This document shows, in pieces, positions 9,856 to 19,854 of a stretch of DNA of 64,000 bases. The notes under the pieces are model-generated. The model was not told where the DNA came from, searched no databases, and worked only from the letters and a program-made list of their open reading frames with translations. Both the position numbers and the translations under genes were made by a program. This DNA comes from Stellaceae bacterium (GTDB taxonomy: Bacteria > Pseudomonadota > Alphaproteobacteria > ATCC43930 > CGMCC-115725). The stretch covers positions 4,906-68,905 of the forward strand of contig DASXCX010000080.1 in assembly GCA_036490955.1 (NCBI GenBank). The letters are read 5' to 3'. Each line of letters starts with the position of its first letter. Within the stretch, counting starts at the first letter, position 1.

Positions 9856-10410
9856 CTATCGCGCAGCCATTGCTGTTCGGAGGCGAAGGCTGTCCCCCCG
9901 CGTCGAGAGGAAAATCAGCATCTCGGTTGCGGCGGATACGAGCACGCGTAAAGCGTGAGCCAAGAGATTATTTGCGGTTTGGTACGCTTCGGCGTGAGCG
10001 AGGTGCGCGTCCTCTTCAACCAGGATGGTCCGCACGAGTAGCCCTAGTGGCGGGTCGGCGCGGTCAAGGTAAGCGATCTGCTCAACCAAGTGACGGCGCA
10101 CGGTGCGCTCGACCGCCGCCGTACACACATAAACGCCTGTCTGCCCGCATGCGGCTGTGAGCGCACCAAGGAAAGTGCCTCCGAATGACCACACGAACAT
10201 CATTCGACATGGTTTCGCAGCACGAGCCGGCATGGCTTCTCTGAAAAGACTGCGATGCCGCTGCTCGTGAGAGAGTGTTTCTTCGAGCCACGGGACAAGG
10301 TCAGGGTGGAACCGTCGGGCATTCGAAAGTTGCGCGGAGTAGATCGCCACCGCGCCATGCTCGCCAGCATGGTCGACCCGTAAAATGCGACGGACTAGTG
10401 TTGAGCCCAT
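9856..10410 (-). CDS. Demethoxyubiquinone hydroxylase (Coq7) family di-iron protein
   Basis: 184 aa. RVDHAGEHGAVAIY and EEDAHLAHAE motifs (ExxH di-iron ligands). Confidence 0.7.
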   Translation of the reverse strand: MGSTLVRRILRVDHAGEHGAVAIYSAQLSNARRFHPDLVPWLEETLSHEQRHRSLFREAMPARAAKPCRMMFVWSFGGTFLGALTAACGQTGVYVCTAAVERTVRRHLVEQIAYLDRADPPLGLLVRTILVEEDAHLAHAEAYQTANNLLAHALRVLVSAATEMLIFLSTRGDSLRLRTAMAAR

Positions 10411-10592
10411 GTGCGCAAGACTACCACAACTTGCAGGCCTCGGGATGTAGAAGGCGTCGATGCCGCGCCGGACGATTTCGGGGCGACCGGTCAGCCAGCG
10501 GCGGGATAGGAACAGTTAAAACCCAGTGCCCAGTTTTGTCCGTGTTGGCCCGCCAGTCCGTTTCATTTCTCTGCCCTGCGGGCCCCGTCGGT

Positions 10593-10608
10593 ATCGCGAA
10601 TTCGCGAT
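10593..10608. promoter_or_regulatory. Perfect 16-bp palindrome ATCGCGAATTCGCGAT, candidate MarR operator
   Basis: Seen directly. Lies between the marR-family stop (10681) and the coq7-like start (10410). Confidence 0.4.
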
Positions 10609-10680
10609 GAATGCGGCGCGCGCCGTGCCGTCGCTCGAAGCGGTGAAAACCGGACGGCGCGCCCTTCAGCTTTTAGCGGC

Positions 10681-11118
10681 TCATCGGCGCGCAAGCTGCG
10701 TGAGCAGCCCGCGCAGCAGCGGTGCCACTCGCTGCAATTCGCGCTGATGGGCCGCCGATAGCCGCGCAAGCAAGCGCTCCGCCTTCGGCGTCGCCCGGAT
10801 CAGCACCTGACGGCGGTCCGCGCTGCTTCTTTGCCGCCGGATGAGATTTTTTTCCGCGAGCCGGTCGAGCAAGCCGACGGCGCTGTGATGGCGGATACCG
10901 AGTCGTTCGGCGAGCAGGCCGGCGGTGACCGGAATGCCGGCGCCCGCGCCTTTGATCGCCAGCAGCGCCTGGTGCTGTTGCGCGCTAAGCCCCGCGGCGA
11001 GGGCGGCGTTCTCGCTGAAGATCAGGAAATGGCGGAGCACATAGCGGAATTCGGCGAGCCGCCCGTAATCCGCCGCTGTCAGCGCGCGCCGTCCCGGTTT
11101 TCCCGCCCTCGTGCTCAT
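10681..11118 (-). CDS. MarR-family transcriptional regulator
   Basis: 145 aa. Winged-HTH core LSAQQHQALLAIKG...GLLAERLGIRHHSAVGLLDRLAEKNLIRR. Confidence 0.85.
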   Translation of the reverse strand: MSTRAGKPGRRALTAADYGRLAEFRYVLRHFLIFSENAALAAGLSAQQHQALLAIKGAGAGIPVTAGLLAERLGIRHHSAVGLLDRLAEKNLIRRQRSSADRRQVLIRATPKAERLLARLSAAHQRELQRVAPLLRGLLTQLARR

Positions 11119-11216
11119 GCTGCGATACTTTGTCTGTCATGCGATGGACGGGCTTTCAAACATATCGTAGTCCGATATAACGGATAGCATTCCCGATTCA
11201 AGCCGTCATCTCGAGG

Positions 11217-13058
11217 GTGTCGCTGCGCATGGCCATGTTCGTTTCTGCAAAAAAGCCTGAGATTGCCGAGGATCGACTGCGCGATTTCAGCACGGACAGC
11301 CGCTTGCTCGTGCTGGTCGCGATGGCCTTCGTCATTGGCACGATCGGCGCGGGTGCGGCGTGGGCGCTGCTGCATCTGATCTACCTTGTCACAAACGTTT
11401 CCTATTACGGCCGATTCGACGCCGGCTCGGCCTCGATCAAGGGCTCGGCCACCATCGCCGGCCATGCGCTCGGCTGGTTCTCCGCCGCTATCCCGGTGGC
11501 CGGGTGCCTGATCATCGGCCTCATGGCGCGCTTCGGCTCGGAGAAGATTCGCGGCCACGGCATTCCGGAAGCGATGGAAGCGATCCTCATCGGCCGCAGC
11601 CGCATCGAGCCGAAGGTCGCGATCCTGAAGCCGCTCTCTTCGGCTATCTCGATCGGCACGGGCGGACCGTTCGGCGCCGAAGGCCCGATCATCATGACGG
11701 GCGGCGCTTGCGGCTCGCTGTTCGGGCAGTTCTTCCATCTTTCCAACGCCGAGCGAAAGACCTTGCTCGTCGCGGGCGCCGCCGCCGGCATGACCGCGAC
11801 CTTCGGCACGCCGGTCGCGGCGATGCTGCTGGCGGTCGAGCTCCTGCTCTTCGAGTGGAAGCCGCGCAGCTTCGTGCCGGTGGCGGTGGCGAGCGTCGTT
11901 GCCGCGGTGTGGCGTCCGGTTTTGATGGGGCCGAGCCCGCTCTTTCCAATGGCGGCGGGGGCGGCTTTACCGCCGCTCGGCTTGTTGCTCGCGGCCGGGC
12001 TCGGGATCGTCGCCGGGCTCGCCTCGGGCGTGCTCACGCAGATGGTCTATGCGAGCGAGGATCTCTTCCAGCGCCTGCCGATCCACTGGATGTGGTGGCC
12101 CGTGTTCGGCGGCATCGTGATCGGCGCCGGCGGATTGATCGAGCCGCACGCGCTCGGCGTCGGCTACGACAATATCGCGGCACTGCTCAACGGCGACATG
12201 AGCACCGCGGCGGTTGTGCGCTTGGCGATCGTGAAAGCGATCATCTGGTCCGTCGCGCTCGGTTCCGGCACCTCGGGCGGCGTGCTCGCGCCCTTGCTCA
12301 TCATGGGTGGGACGCTGGGCGCGCTGATCGGTCTCATCATGCCGACCGGCAGCGACGGCATTTGGGCGCTGATCGGCATGGCGGCGATGATGGGTGGAAC
12401 GATGCGCTCGCCGCTGACCGCGATCGTCTTTGCGATCGAGCTCACCCACAACTACACGGCCTTGCTGCCGCTCGCGGTTGCCTGCACCGCGGCCCATGCG
12501 ACGACGGTGCTGTTGCTGCGACGCTCGATTCTCACCGAGAAGGTTGCGCGTAAAGGCCATCACGTAATGCGCGAATACATCGTCGACCCGTTCGAGACGA
12601 CGCGCGTCGCCGAGATCATGGCCAAGCCGGTCGATACGCTTGCGGCCGAGATGATGATCAACGATGTCGTTGCCTTCTTCACCGCGCCCGACGCGCCGCC
12701 GCGACACAAGAGCTATCCCGTGCTCGACGAAACGGGCGCGCTGAGGGGCATGGTGGCGCGGGCCGATGTGCTGCGCTGGACGATGAGCGGCTGGGCCGCC
12801 GGTACACGGCTGCGCGATGTGCTCGGCGAGCACGAACTGGTCACGGGCTATGAGGATGAGCTGGTCGGCCCGCTCGCCGATCGCATGACTGCGGGCGATG
12901 TCGGCCGTGTGCCGATCCTCCGCCGCGGCGACGAGAAAGTTGTTGGCCTTGTCGCGCGGCGCGATCTGCTACGCGTGCGGGCGGAGGTCGTGCGCCATGA
13001 GCACGAGCGCGAGGTGCTGCTGCGGCTGCGCTTGCAGCCGCGACGCAGCACTCCTTAG
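11217..13058 (+). CDS. ClC-family chloride channel / H+-Cl- antiporter with C-terminal CBS pair
   Basis: 613 aa. GSEKIRGHGIPE, GIGTGGPFGAEGP and GTSGGVLAPLL selectivity-filter motifs. C-terminal CBS-like region. Confidence 0.88.
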   Translation: MSLRMAMFVSAKKPEIAEDRLRDFSTDSRLLVLVAMAFVIGTIGAGAAWALLHLIYLVTNVSYYGRFDAGSASIKGSATIAGHALGWFSAAIPVAGCLIIGLMARFGSEKIRGHGIPEAMEAILIGRSRIEPKVAILKPLSSAISIGTGGPFGAEGPIIMTGGACGSLFGQFFHLSNAERKTLLVAGAAAGMTATFGTPVAAMLLAVELLLFEWKPRSFVPVAVASVVAAVWRPVLMGPSPLFPMAAGAALPPLGLLLAAGLGIVAGLASGVLTQMVYASEDLFQRLPIHWMWWPVFGGIVIGAGGLIEPHALGVGYDNIAALLNGDMSTAAVVRLAIVKAIIWSVALGSGTSGGVLAPLLIMGGTLGALIGLIMPTGSDGIWALIGMAAMMGGTMRSPLTAIVFAIELTHNYTALLPLAVACTAAHATTVLLLRRSILTEKVARKGHHVMREYIVDPFETTRVAEIMAKPVDTLAAEMMINDVVAFFTAPDAPPRHKSYPVLDETGALRGMVARADVLRWTMSGWAAGTRLRDVLGEHELVTGYEDELVGPLADRMTAGDVGRVPILRRGDEKVVGLVARRDLLRVRAEVVRHEHEREVLLRLRLQPRRSTP

Positions 13059-13065
13059 CGCCCGC

Positions 13066-14472
13066 TCAGGCCTCCTGCGGCCGCGTGGCGCGCTTCGCTC
13101 GCCCGTGTGCGGGCAAAAGCAAGCTGCTCGTGGCACCGAGCAAGGAGAGCGCCATCGCGGTCGCCATCGCCGCACGAAAGCCGGCGACGAAAGCCTTCGG
13201 CGAGGCGGTGCTGCCGGTCGCCGAGAAGACCGCCACCATGATGGCAATGCCGAGCATGCCGCCGAGGAAGCGTAGCATGTTGAACGCGCCCGATGCTTTG
13301 CCCAGATCGGTTGGGTTGACAGCGCCGAGCACGGCGTTCTGCACTGCCGGCATCGCGATCGAGCCGCCGCAACCGGCAATGACCAGTGGGATCGCGAGTT
13401 GCAGCGTCGTAAGACCCGGTGTCGCGAGCAGCGCTATCAAACCCATGCCGATGCCTTGCAACATCATGCCGATCACGACGAGCCGTTTCTCGCCGATGCG
13501 ATTAATGAGACTACCGGCCACTGGCGCCATGAAGAACAGTGTCGCCGTCCAGGGCAGGATGCGCAGCCCGGCACCGAGCGGGCCGTAACCCTGCGCGGTC
13601 TGGAGGAATTGTGCGAGCAGGAAGCTCGTGCCGTAGATCGCCGCGTAATAGGGCAAGCTGGCGAGATTGCCGATCGCGAAACCGCGGCGGCGGAACAGGT
13701 CGAGCGACAGCATCGGCTGCGTTGCCCGCGCCTCCCACTGGATGAAGAGGACGAGCGCAAAGGCTGACAGGGCGAAGCCGGTGACAACCTCGCGGCTCAG
13801 CCAGCCGGCGTCACTGCCGCGCACCAGACTCCAGACCAGCCCGAAAGCGGCGATGGTCACGAGCGCGATGCCGGGCAGATCGAGCTTTGCCCTGGCGCCG
13901 GCGGATTCATCGATGTAGCGATAGATCAGCGGGCTCAGCACGAGGCCGATGGGCACGTTAATCCAGAAGATCCACTGCCAGGCAAAGCCGGCTGCGATCG
14001 CGCCGCCCAGCACCGGACCGGCGATCATCGCCGCACCGGTGATGCTGGCGAATAGGCCGAGCGCCTTGCCGCGCTCGGCCGGCGAATAGGCACCGCTCAG
14101 CAGCGCCATCGCAAGCGGCATGATCAGCGCCGCGCCGGCTCCCTGCATAGCGCGGGCAGCAATCAGCGTCGCGACATTCGGCGCGGCGCCACACACGGCC
14201 GACGATGCGGTGAACAGGACGAGCCCCGCGATCAGCATGCGGCGGCGACCGAACCGATCCCCGAGCGCGCTGCCGCCGGGCAGCAGCACCGCGAAGCTCA
14301 GGATGTAGGCGTTCACCGTCCATTCCAGCAGCTCCATTGACGCCCCGAGATCGGTGCGGATGACATTGAGAGCGGTATTAACAACCTGGGAATCGAGCGA
14401 GATCATGAAAGCCGCAGAAGCGGTGAGCGCCAAGGCCCAGCTTTGACTGGCGCGTGAGCGAGACATTGCCAT
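13066..14472 (-). CDS. MFS transporter, DHA2 (EmrB/QacA, 14-TMS) drug:H+ antiporter family
   Basis: 468 aa, multi-TM. GDRFGRRRMLIAG MFS motif A. Confidence 0.85.
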   Translation of the reverse strand: MAMSRSRASQSWALALTASAAFMISLDSQVVNTALNVIRTDLGASMELLEWTVNAYILSFAVLLPGGSALGDRFGRRRMLIAGLVLFTASSAVCGAAPNVATLIAARAMQGAGAALIMPLAMALLSGAYSPAERGKALGLFASITGAAMIAGPVLGGAIAAGFAWQWIFWINVPIGLVLSPLIYRYIDESAGARAKLDLPGIALVTIAAFGLVWSLVRGSDAGWLSREVVTGFALSAFALVLFIQWEARATQPMLSLDLFRRRGFAIGNLASLPYYAAIYGTSFLLAQFLQTAQGYGPLGAGLRILPWTATLFFMAPVAGSLINRIGEKRLVVIGMMLQGIGMGLIALLATPGLTTLQLAIPLVIAGCGGSIAMPAVQNAVLGAVNPTDLGKASGAFNMLRFLGGMLGIAIMVAVFSATGSTASPKAFVAGFRAAMATAMALSLLGATSSLLLPAHGRAKRATRPQEA

Positions 14473-14698
14473 CGAGATATTCCGCGGCGGCGTGAAGCGT
14501 CCGTGCCAGTAGAGCCGCCTACCTACGCTTCCCAGACGAGCCAGCGCGACGGAAGGATTCGCCCCCGGCGAAAAGTTTGGCTTCAGCGTGGCGCCAATTT
14601 CATCGGCAACCAGTTCGCGTCCGGTCGGTTAGAGAACCAACATCGACGCCACACTGAGGCTGGCGTCGCCGCGTGGATGATTATGATGAGGTTTAGCC

Positions 14699-14983
14699 AT
14701 GAAATTTTTCAGTATTGCCTTGGTTGGCGGACTGCTTCTCGGCGCGCCGGCTTTTGCCGACTCTGTAACCATTCAGACTCGCGACAGTGCCGGTGTTGCG
14801 GTGTCGCCGCCGGTTGCCGCCATGCCGGCGCCGACCGAGCAGCGGACGATCGAGCGGGACAAAGTCAAGCAATCGGACGATGGCATGAAGCGCGAGGAAA
14901 AACGCACCCAGGAAACCGTCACGCCGGCTGGCAAGTCGCGAAGCACGACCAAGACCGAGACGGATACGGATAACGACAACTAA
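14699..14983 (+). CDS. Small secreted protein, charged and low-complexity
   Basis: 94 aa with signal peptide MKFFSIALVGGLLLGAPAFA. Followed by a terminator. Confidence 0.55.
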   Translation: MKFFSIALVGGLLLGAPAFADSVTIQTRDSAGVAVSPPVAAMPAPTEQRTIERDKVKQSDDGMKREEKRTQETVTPAGKSRSTTKTETDTDNDN

Positions 14984-15024
14984 ATTCCGAGCGGCGCGCC
15001 CGTTCGGTTCGAAAATCCGGTTTA

Positions 15025-15057
15025 AAAAGCCCTGGTCCCAAAACGGCCAGGGCTTTT
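15025..15057 (+). terminator. Rho-independent terminator
   Basis: AAAAGCCCTGG ... CCAGGGCTTTT hairpin with a T-run. Confidence 0.6.
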
Positions 15058-15147
15058 GCCATTGAAAAGAAAATGTTTGGCGGCGGGAATCCTTTGCCTG
15101 GTTCGGATCGTCACAGTCTCGTTGGACCATCAAGACAGGAGACCGTC

Positions 15148-15456
15148 ATGAAACGCCAGATCGTCATCTATAAAGCCAAGCCCGAACACATCGCCGAGAA
15201 CGAGCGTCTGCTGAAAGGGGTGTTCGCAGAGTTGCGCGCCAAGCAGCCTCAGGATGTGCGCTATGTCTTGGTGCGCTTGGGCGACGACACCTATGTTCAC
15301 ATTGTCTTCACCGACGCGCCCGAAGGCGAGCCGAGCCCGCTCTCGAAGCTCGACGCCTTCCGCGCCTATCAGGCCGAGGTGCGCAGCCGCCTCCAGGCGC
15401 CGCCGACGACCGGCGAAGCGACCATCATCGGCGATTATCGTATGCTGGGCGAATGA
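15148..15456 (+). CDS. Small conserved hypothetical (possibly ABM/dimeric alpha-beta-barrel-like)
   Basis: Trimmed to MKRQIVIYKAK (ATG 15148, AGGAG upstream). Lies immediately upstream of the ECF sigma gene. Confidence 0.5.
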   Translation: MKRQIVIYKAKPEHIAENERLLKGVFAELRAKQPQDVRYVLVRLGDDTYVHIVFTDAPEGEPSPLSKLDAFRAYQAEVRSRLQAPPTTGEATIIGDYRMLGE

Positions 15457-15478
15457 TCGCGGCATGGAAGGGTATGGG

Positions 15479-16369
15479 ATGAGCCAGGAGATCGGTGACG
15501 CCCGCGCTGCCTTCGACCGGTTGCTCGGCGAGTTGCGGCCGAAGCTGCATCGCTATTGCGCGCGCATGACCGGGTCGGTCATCGACGGCGAGGATGCGGT
15601 GCAGGAAGCGCTGGTGAAGGCGATCGAGGCGTACCCGGCTTTCGCCGAGGTCGATAATCCCGAAGCCTGGCTCTTCCGCATCGCGCATAATGCGACGCTC
15701 GATCTGCTGCGCCGCCGCGCGCGGCAGCAAGCACGTCAGGACGAGAAGGAGTTGGAGATGATCGTCGATCCGGTCTCGACGGTCGAGGACCGCATCAACG
15801 CCGCGGTCAGCCTCAGGACCTTCATGCGTTTGCCGGCAGCGCAACGCAGCAGCGTGATCATGATGGACGTGCTCGGCTATTCGCTCGATGAGATCGCCGA
15901 TGTCACGGAGACGAGCCTGCCCGCGGTCAAGGCGGCGCTGCATCGCGGGCGGACGCGTCTCAAGGAGCTCGCGCAGGAGCCAGAGGACATGCCTGCACCG
16001 GTGCTATCCACCGCGGATCGTGTGCGTCTCACCGGCTATATCGATCATTTCAACGCGCGCGAATTCGACGCGCTGCGCAACCTTCTCGCCGATGAGGTGA
16101 AGGTTGACCTCGTCAATCGTCGCCGTTTGCACGGCCGCGGCGAGGTCTCCAATTATTTTGGGAACTACGAGCGTGCGACGCATTGGCATTTCGTGCCCGG
16201 CTTCGTCGAGGGCCGGGCCGCCATCCTTGTTTACAACCCGGCGGATCGGGCAGGACCGCCGACCTATTTCGTCTTGCTCGAATGGCGCGATGACCGGCTG
16301 TTGATGATCCGCGATTTCCTTTACGCTCCCTATGTCATGGACGGGGCGGAAGTGCAGCCATTGAGCTGA
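15479..16369 (+). CDS. ECF sigma-70 factor with NTF2/SnoaL-like C-terminal extension (SigJ/ECF41-like)
   Basis: Region 2 EDAVQEALVKA...WLFRIAHNATLDLLRRR and region 4 MDVLGYSLDEIADVTETSLPAVKAALHRGR, followed by ~120 extra residues. The start could be 15464 or 15479. Confidence 0.8.
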   Translation: MSQEIGDARAAFDRLLGELRPKLHRYCARMTGSVIDGEDAVQEALVKAIEAYPAFAEVDNPEAWLFRIAHNATLDLLRRRARQQARQDEKELEMIVDPVSTVEDRINAAVSLRTFMRLPAAQRSSVIMMDVLGYSLDEIADVTETSLPAVKAALHRGRTRLKELAQEPEDMPAPVLSTADRVRLTGYIDHFNAREFDALRNLLADEVKVDLVNRRRLHGRGEVSNYFGNYERATHWHFVPGFVEGRAAILVYNPADRAGPPTYFVLLEWRDDRLLMIRDFLYAPYVMDGAEVQPLS

Positions 16370-16467
16370 GCCGCGAAGACGGAACCGTCACGGCTCAGTC
16401 TGGCTTAGATCATGGGAACCGGAGGTCGAGCGGCGCCATTGTCACAAGCCAAAGAGAGAGCGATGTC

Positions 16468-16797
16468 ATGCCCATTCCGCTGCAAGTCACTTTTCGCAAA
16501 ATGCTGCCGTCGCCCTTTGTTCGCGAGCGCATTCGCGAGCGGACCGATAAGCTCGAGCAATATCATCAGCGCGTGACCGGGTGCCGCGTCGTGGTCGAGG
16601 CGCCGCATCGCCATCATCACAAAGGTAAGCTCTTCGCCATTGCGGTGGAGGTGAAAGTCCCGGGTGGGATGCTGACCTCGCATCGCAATCCTGGGAAGTG
16701 CCACGAGCACGAAGATGTCTACGTCGCGTTGCGCGACTCGTTCGATTCCATCGAACGCCAGATCGAGGATTTCGCCCGCCGCAAGCGCGGCGAATAG
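16468..16797 (+). CDS. HPF/RaiA-family ribosome-associated (hibernation) protein, short form
   Basis: 109 aa. MPIPLQVTFRKM...LEQYHQRVTGCRVVVE...HHKGKLF pattern. Confidence 0.7.
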   Translation: MPIPLQVTFRKMLPSPFVRERIRERTDKLEQYHQRVTGCRVVVEAPHRHHHKGKLFAIAVEVKVPGGMLTSHRNPGKCHEHEDVYVALRDSFDSIERQIEDFARRKRGE

Positions 16798-16804
16798 CAC
16801 GGAT

Positions 16805-17641
16805 CTAGGGCGCCGCCTTCGGAACGAGTTGGAGGTTCGCGTTGACGGCGACCCAGACGTCGAAATCGCCTGATGGCATGATCACGGTCTGCGGCGTCTG
16901 CTGATTGAAATTGATCGCGGGGCGCGGCTGCGGCTGGATCTCGGGCGGGGAGTTGGTAACGCTGAGATTAGCGAACCGGTCGATTTTCATATCCATGGCG
17001 GCTGCCAATTTTTCCGCTTGCGTGCGTAGCGCGGCGATTGCTTGCGGTGCGAGCTCGTTTTCGACCTCACGCATCGCGTCGGGGGTCAGCGACACCCGCA
17101 TGTCGGAGAGTTGCATCCCGTTATTCTCGAGATCGCTCACCAGCGGCGCCATGCCGGCGAAATCGGTGGTCGTCAATGACAAGAGCTGAATCGCGTGCCA
17201 GTCGCCGGCGCTCGAAACGGTCAACGGCACGGCGCTGCCATTGCCCGCCATGAGCATCGCACCTTGAACGCTCCGCGGCGCGTGCGGATCGGCTTCGCGC
17301 AGCACGGTGTAAGCCCCGGTCTCGATCGCGATCTTCGGAACGGCTTTCGCCTTCTGAATCGCACTATCCAGCAGGGTCTGCACTTGCGTCTGCAATTGTT
17401 TTGAATCGGCGCCGATCATATCGATCCTGAGTTCGACCTGGACTTGATCGCGCGGTACGCGGCGGTCGATACGCTGGCTCAGCATCAACGCGGTGCCGTG
17501 GTCGTTCGCTCCGGCGCTGCTGACGGTGACCAAGGTCTGCGCGCAAGCGTTTCCGGCGGCGAGACCGGCGCTACCCATCAACCCCAAGAATAGAGCGGTC
17601 GAGCGAATACGTTTCGCGTGATCGAACACCATTTTTACCAA
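16805..17641 (-). CDS. SIMPL/DUF541-like periplasmic protein
   Basis: 278 aa with a signal peptide. The architecture resembles SIMPL-domain proteins; this is a weak call. Confidence 0.5.
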   Translation of the reverse strand: MVKMVFDHAKRIRSTALFLGLMGSAGLAAGNACAQTLVTVSSAGANDHGTALMLSQRIDRRVPRDQVQVELRIDMIGADSKQLQTQVQTLLDSAIQKAKAVPKIAIETGAYTVLREADPHAPRSVQGAMLMAGNGSAVPLTVSSAGDWHAIQLLSLTTTDFAGMAPLVSDLENNGMQLSDMRVSLTPDAMREVENELAPQAIAALRTQAEKLAAAMDMKIDRFANLSVTNSPPEIQPQPRPAINFNQQTPQTVIMPSGDFDVWVAVNANLQLVPKAAP

Positions 17642-17815
17642 CCTTTTTGCGGCACTCTCGCGCTCTGTCTAAATGAAATTCGTGAGAAAAGAGCTACTAA
17701 TCGGTGCGATTTACGGAAAATCCCGCCAAGGCGCGCCAGCTTGCTTGCCGGCAAAAAAGCTCGCTCCGGGCCATCGTTCGTGCCAATTTCTGGCGATAGA
17801 CCGGGAGGAACGCGA

Positions 17816-18772
17816 ATGAAGCAACCGAAAATCGGCGCAGCATTGGTCGCTGTGTCGTTGCTGGCGATGACGGGCGCCGGCCATGCCGAAGATTCGCTGC
17901 GCGTCGCCAAAGGCGCGAGCCGCGCCTACAGCTTCATGATGCTCGACGTCGGCCTCGCCGCCGGTATCTTTAAAAAGCACGATCTCACCATCGAAGAGAG
18001 CAGCATCGATGGCGCGGCGCGGCTCCATCAGGCGATGGTGGCCGACAGCATCGATATCGCGCTCGGCGCGGGCACCGACATCGCTTTCATCGCCAAAGGC
18101 TCGCCCGAGAAGGGCGTCGGCGTGATGGCCCGGGAGGCGCTCAACATGGCGCTGGTAGTGAGCGCAAATAGTCCCATCCACGATATGGCCGGATTGAAAG
18201 CCAAGAAGATCGGGGTTACGAGCGCGGGTTCGTTGACCGACTGGTTCGCGCGCCAGATCAATTTTCGCGAGGGTTGGAAGGGCGACGATGCCTCCAACAT
18301 CGTTGCGCTCGGCAGCGCGGACGGCACCACCTCGGCACTGATCGCCGGCAATATCGACGCGCTGGTGGGGAGCGTCGAAGGCGGCTATGCGCTGGAGCAG
18401 CAAGGCCGCGCCAAGGTGCTGTTCGCGTTCGGCGATTTCGTCAAGCCGTTCATCACCCACGCGATTTATGCGGCCAACAAGCTTCAGGCGCAAAATCCCG
18501 CCGCGCTCAAGCGCTTCCTCGTCGCGTGGTACGATACGATCGCTTATGCCGCGAGCCACAAGACCGAGACCGTGAACACCGTTCAGCCGATCCTCAATAT
18601 GCCGGCGGAATGGGTTGGAAAGGTCTATGACGCCGAGAAGTCGATGTTTCCGACCGACGGCCACTACGATCCGGAAGCGCTGAAGCTCGTGGCCAAATCG
18701 CTGATCGACACGGACCAGATGCCTGCCGACACCGACCCCCACCGCTTGATCACCGAGCAGTATCTGCCCTAA
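17816..18772 (+). CDS. ABC-type substrate-binding protein (NMT1-like), orphan
   Basis: Trimmed to MKQPKIGAALVAVSLLAMTGAGHA (ATG 17816, GGGAGGA upstream). Confidence 0.75.
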   Translation: MKQPKIGAALVAVSLLAMTGAGHAEDSLRVAKGASRAYSFMMLDVGLAAGIFKKHDLTIEESSIDGAARLHQAMVADSIDIALGAGTDIAFIAKGSPEKGVGVMAREALNMALVVSANSPIHDMAGLKAKKIGVTSAGSLTDWFARQINFREGWKGDDASNIVALGSADGTTSALIAGNIDALVGSVEGGYALEQQGRAKVLFAFGDFVKPFITHAIYAANKLQAQNPAALKRFLVAWYDTIAYAASHKTETVNTVQPILNMPAEWVGKVYDAEKSMFPTDGHYDPEALKLVAKSLIDTDQMPADTDPHRLITEQYLP

Positions 18773-18783
18773 GACGCGCGGTT

Positions 18784-19854
18784 ATGACCGTCGCCTCGAT
18801 CGCGAGCATCTTCTCCGACCGGCCGCGCAGCCTGCGCGCGACCGTTCTGGGCCTCGCTTTGACGATCGGGGGGGCCAATCTCCTGGCGTGGTTTTGGGCG
18901 CTGGCGGCGTTCCACGATTATCCGGTGCTCCTCGGCACGGCCTTTCTCGCTTATGGCTTTGGCTTGCGCCACGCTGTCGATGCCGATCACATCGCGGCGA
19001 TCGACAATGCGACAAGGAAGTTGATGCAGGAGGGCAAGCGTCCGGCCGCGCTCGGCTTCTATTTCGCGCTCGGGCATTCGACCATCGTCGTTGTGGCGGC
19101 GGTCGCCGTTGCGGCAACCGCCGGCTGGCTGCGCCAGGATTTTCCGCGGCTGCAAGAGGTGGGCGGCATCGTCGGCACGGGAATTTCCGCGCTCTTCCTG
19201 CTCGCGGTCGCGATCGTCAATCTCTTCATCTTCGCCGCGGTGTGGAAAAGCTTCCGCCGCGTGCGCGCTGGCGAGAAGCTCGGCGCCGGCGAGCTCAATA
19301 CACTGCTTGCGGGGCAGGGCGTCCTGGCGCGGCTGTTCCGGCCGCTCTTCCGCCTGGTGACGCGCAGCTGGCATATGTTCGCGGTCGGGCTGCTCTTCGG
19401 CCTCGGCTTCGACACGGCGACCGAGATCGGGCTGCTCGGCATCGCCGCGAGCGAGGCGGCGCGCGGGCTGTCGCTGTGGGCGACGCTGGTCTTCCCCGCG
19501 CTCTTCACCGCGGGCATGTGCCTGATCGATGCGACCGACAGCGTATTGATGGTCGGCGCTTATGGCTGGGCTTTGGCCAAGCCGGTACGGAAGCTCTACT
19601 ACAACCTCACCATCACTTTCGCCTCGGTGGTGGTGGCGCTGCTGATTGGCGGCGTCGAGCTGCTCGGCATCGCGATCGAGCGCCTCGGTCTGACGGGTCC
19701 GTTCTGGGACGCGATCGCCGCGCTCAACGACAATTTCGGCAGCCTCGGCTACGTCGTTCTCGCGATCTTCATCGTGAGCTGGATAGGCTCGATGGCGATC
19801 TATCGCCTCAAAGGCTATGGCGCGCTCGATATGGAAGCGGAGGCGGCGGAATGA
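18784..19854 (+). CDS. HoxN/HupN/NixA-family nickel/cobalt transporter (NiCoT)
   Basis: 356 aa, 8 TM. Signature LRHAVDADHIAAIDN and LGHSTIVV. Confidence 0.88.
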   Translation: MTVASIASIFSDRPRSLRATVLGLALTIGGANLLAWFWALAAFHDYPVLLGTAFLAYGFGLRHAVDADHIAAIDNATRKLMQEGKRPAALGFYFALGHSTIVVVAAVAVAATAGWLRQDFPRLQEVGGIVGTGISALFLLAVAIVNLFIFAAVWKSFRRVRAGEKLGAGELNTLLAGQGVLARLFRPLFRLVTRSWHMFAVGLLFGLGFDTATEIGLLGIAASEAARGLSLWATLVFPALFTAGMCLIDATDSVLMVGAYGWALAKPVRKLYYNLTITFASVVVALLIGGVELLGIAIERLGLTGPFWDAIAALNDNFGSLGYVVLAIFIVSWIGSMAIYRLKGYGALDMEAEAAE

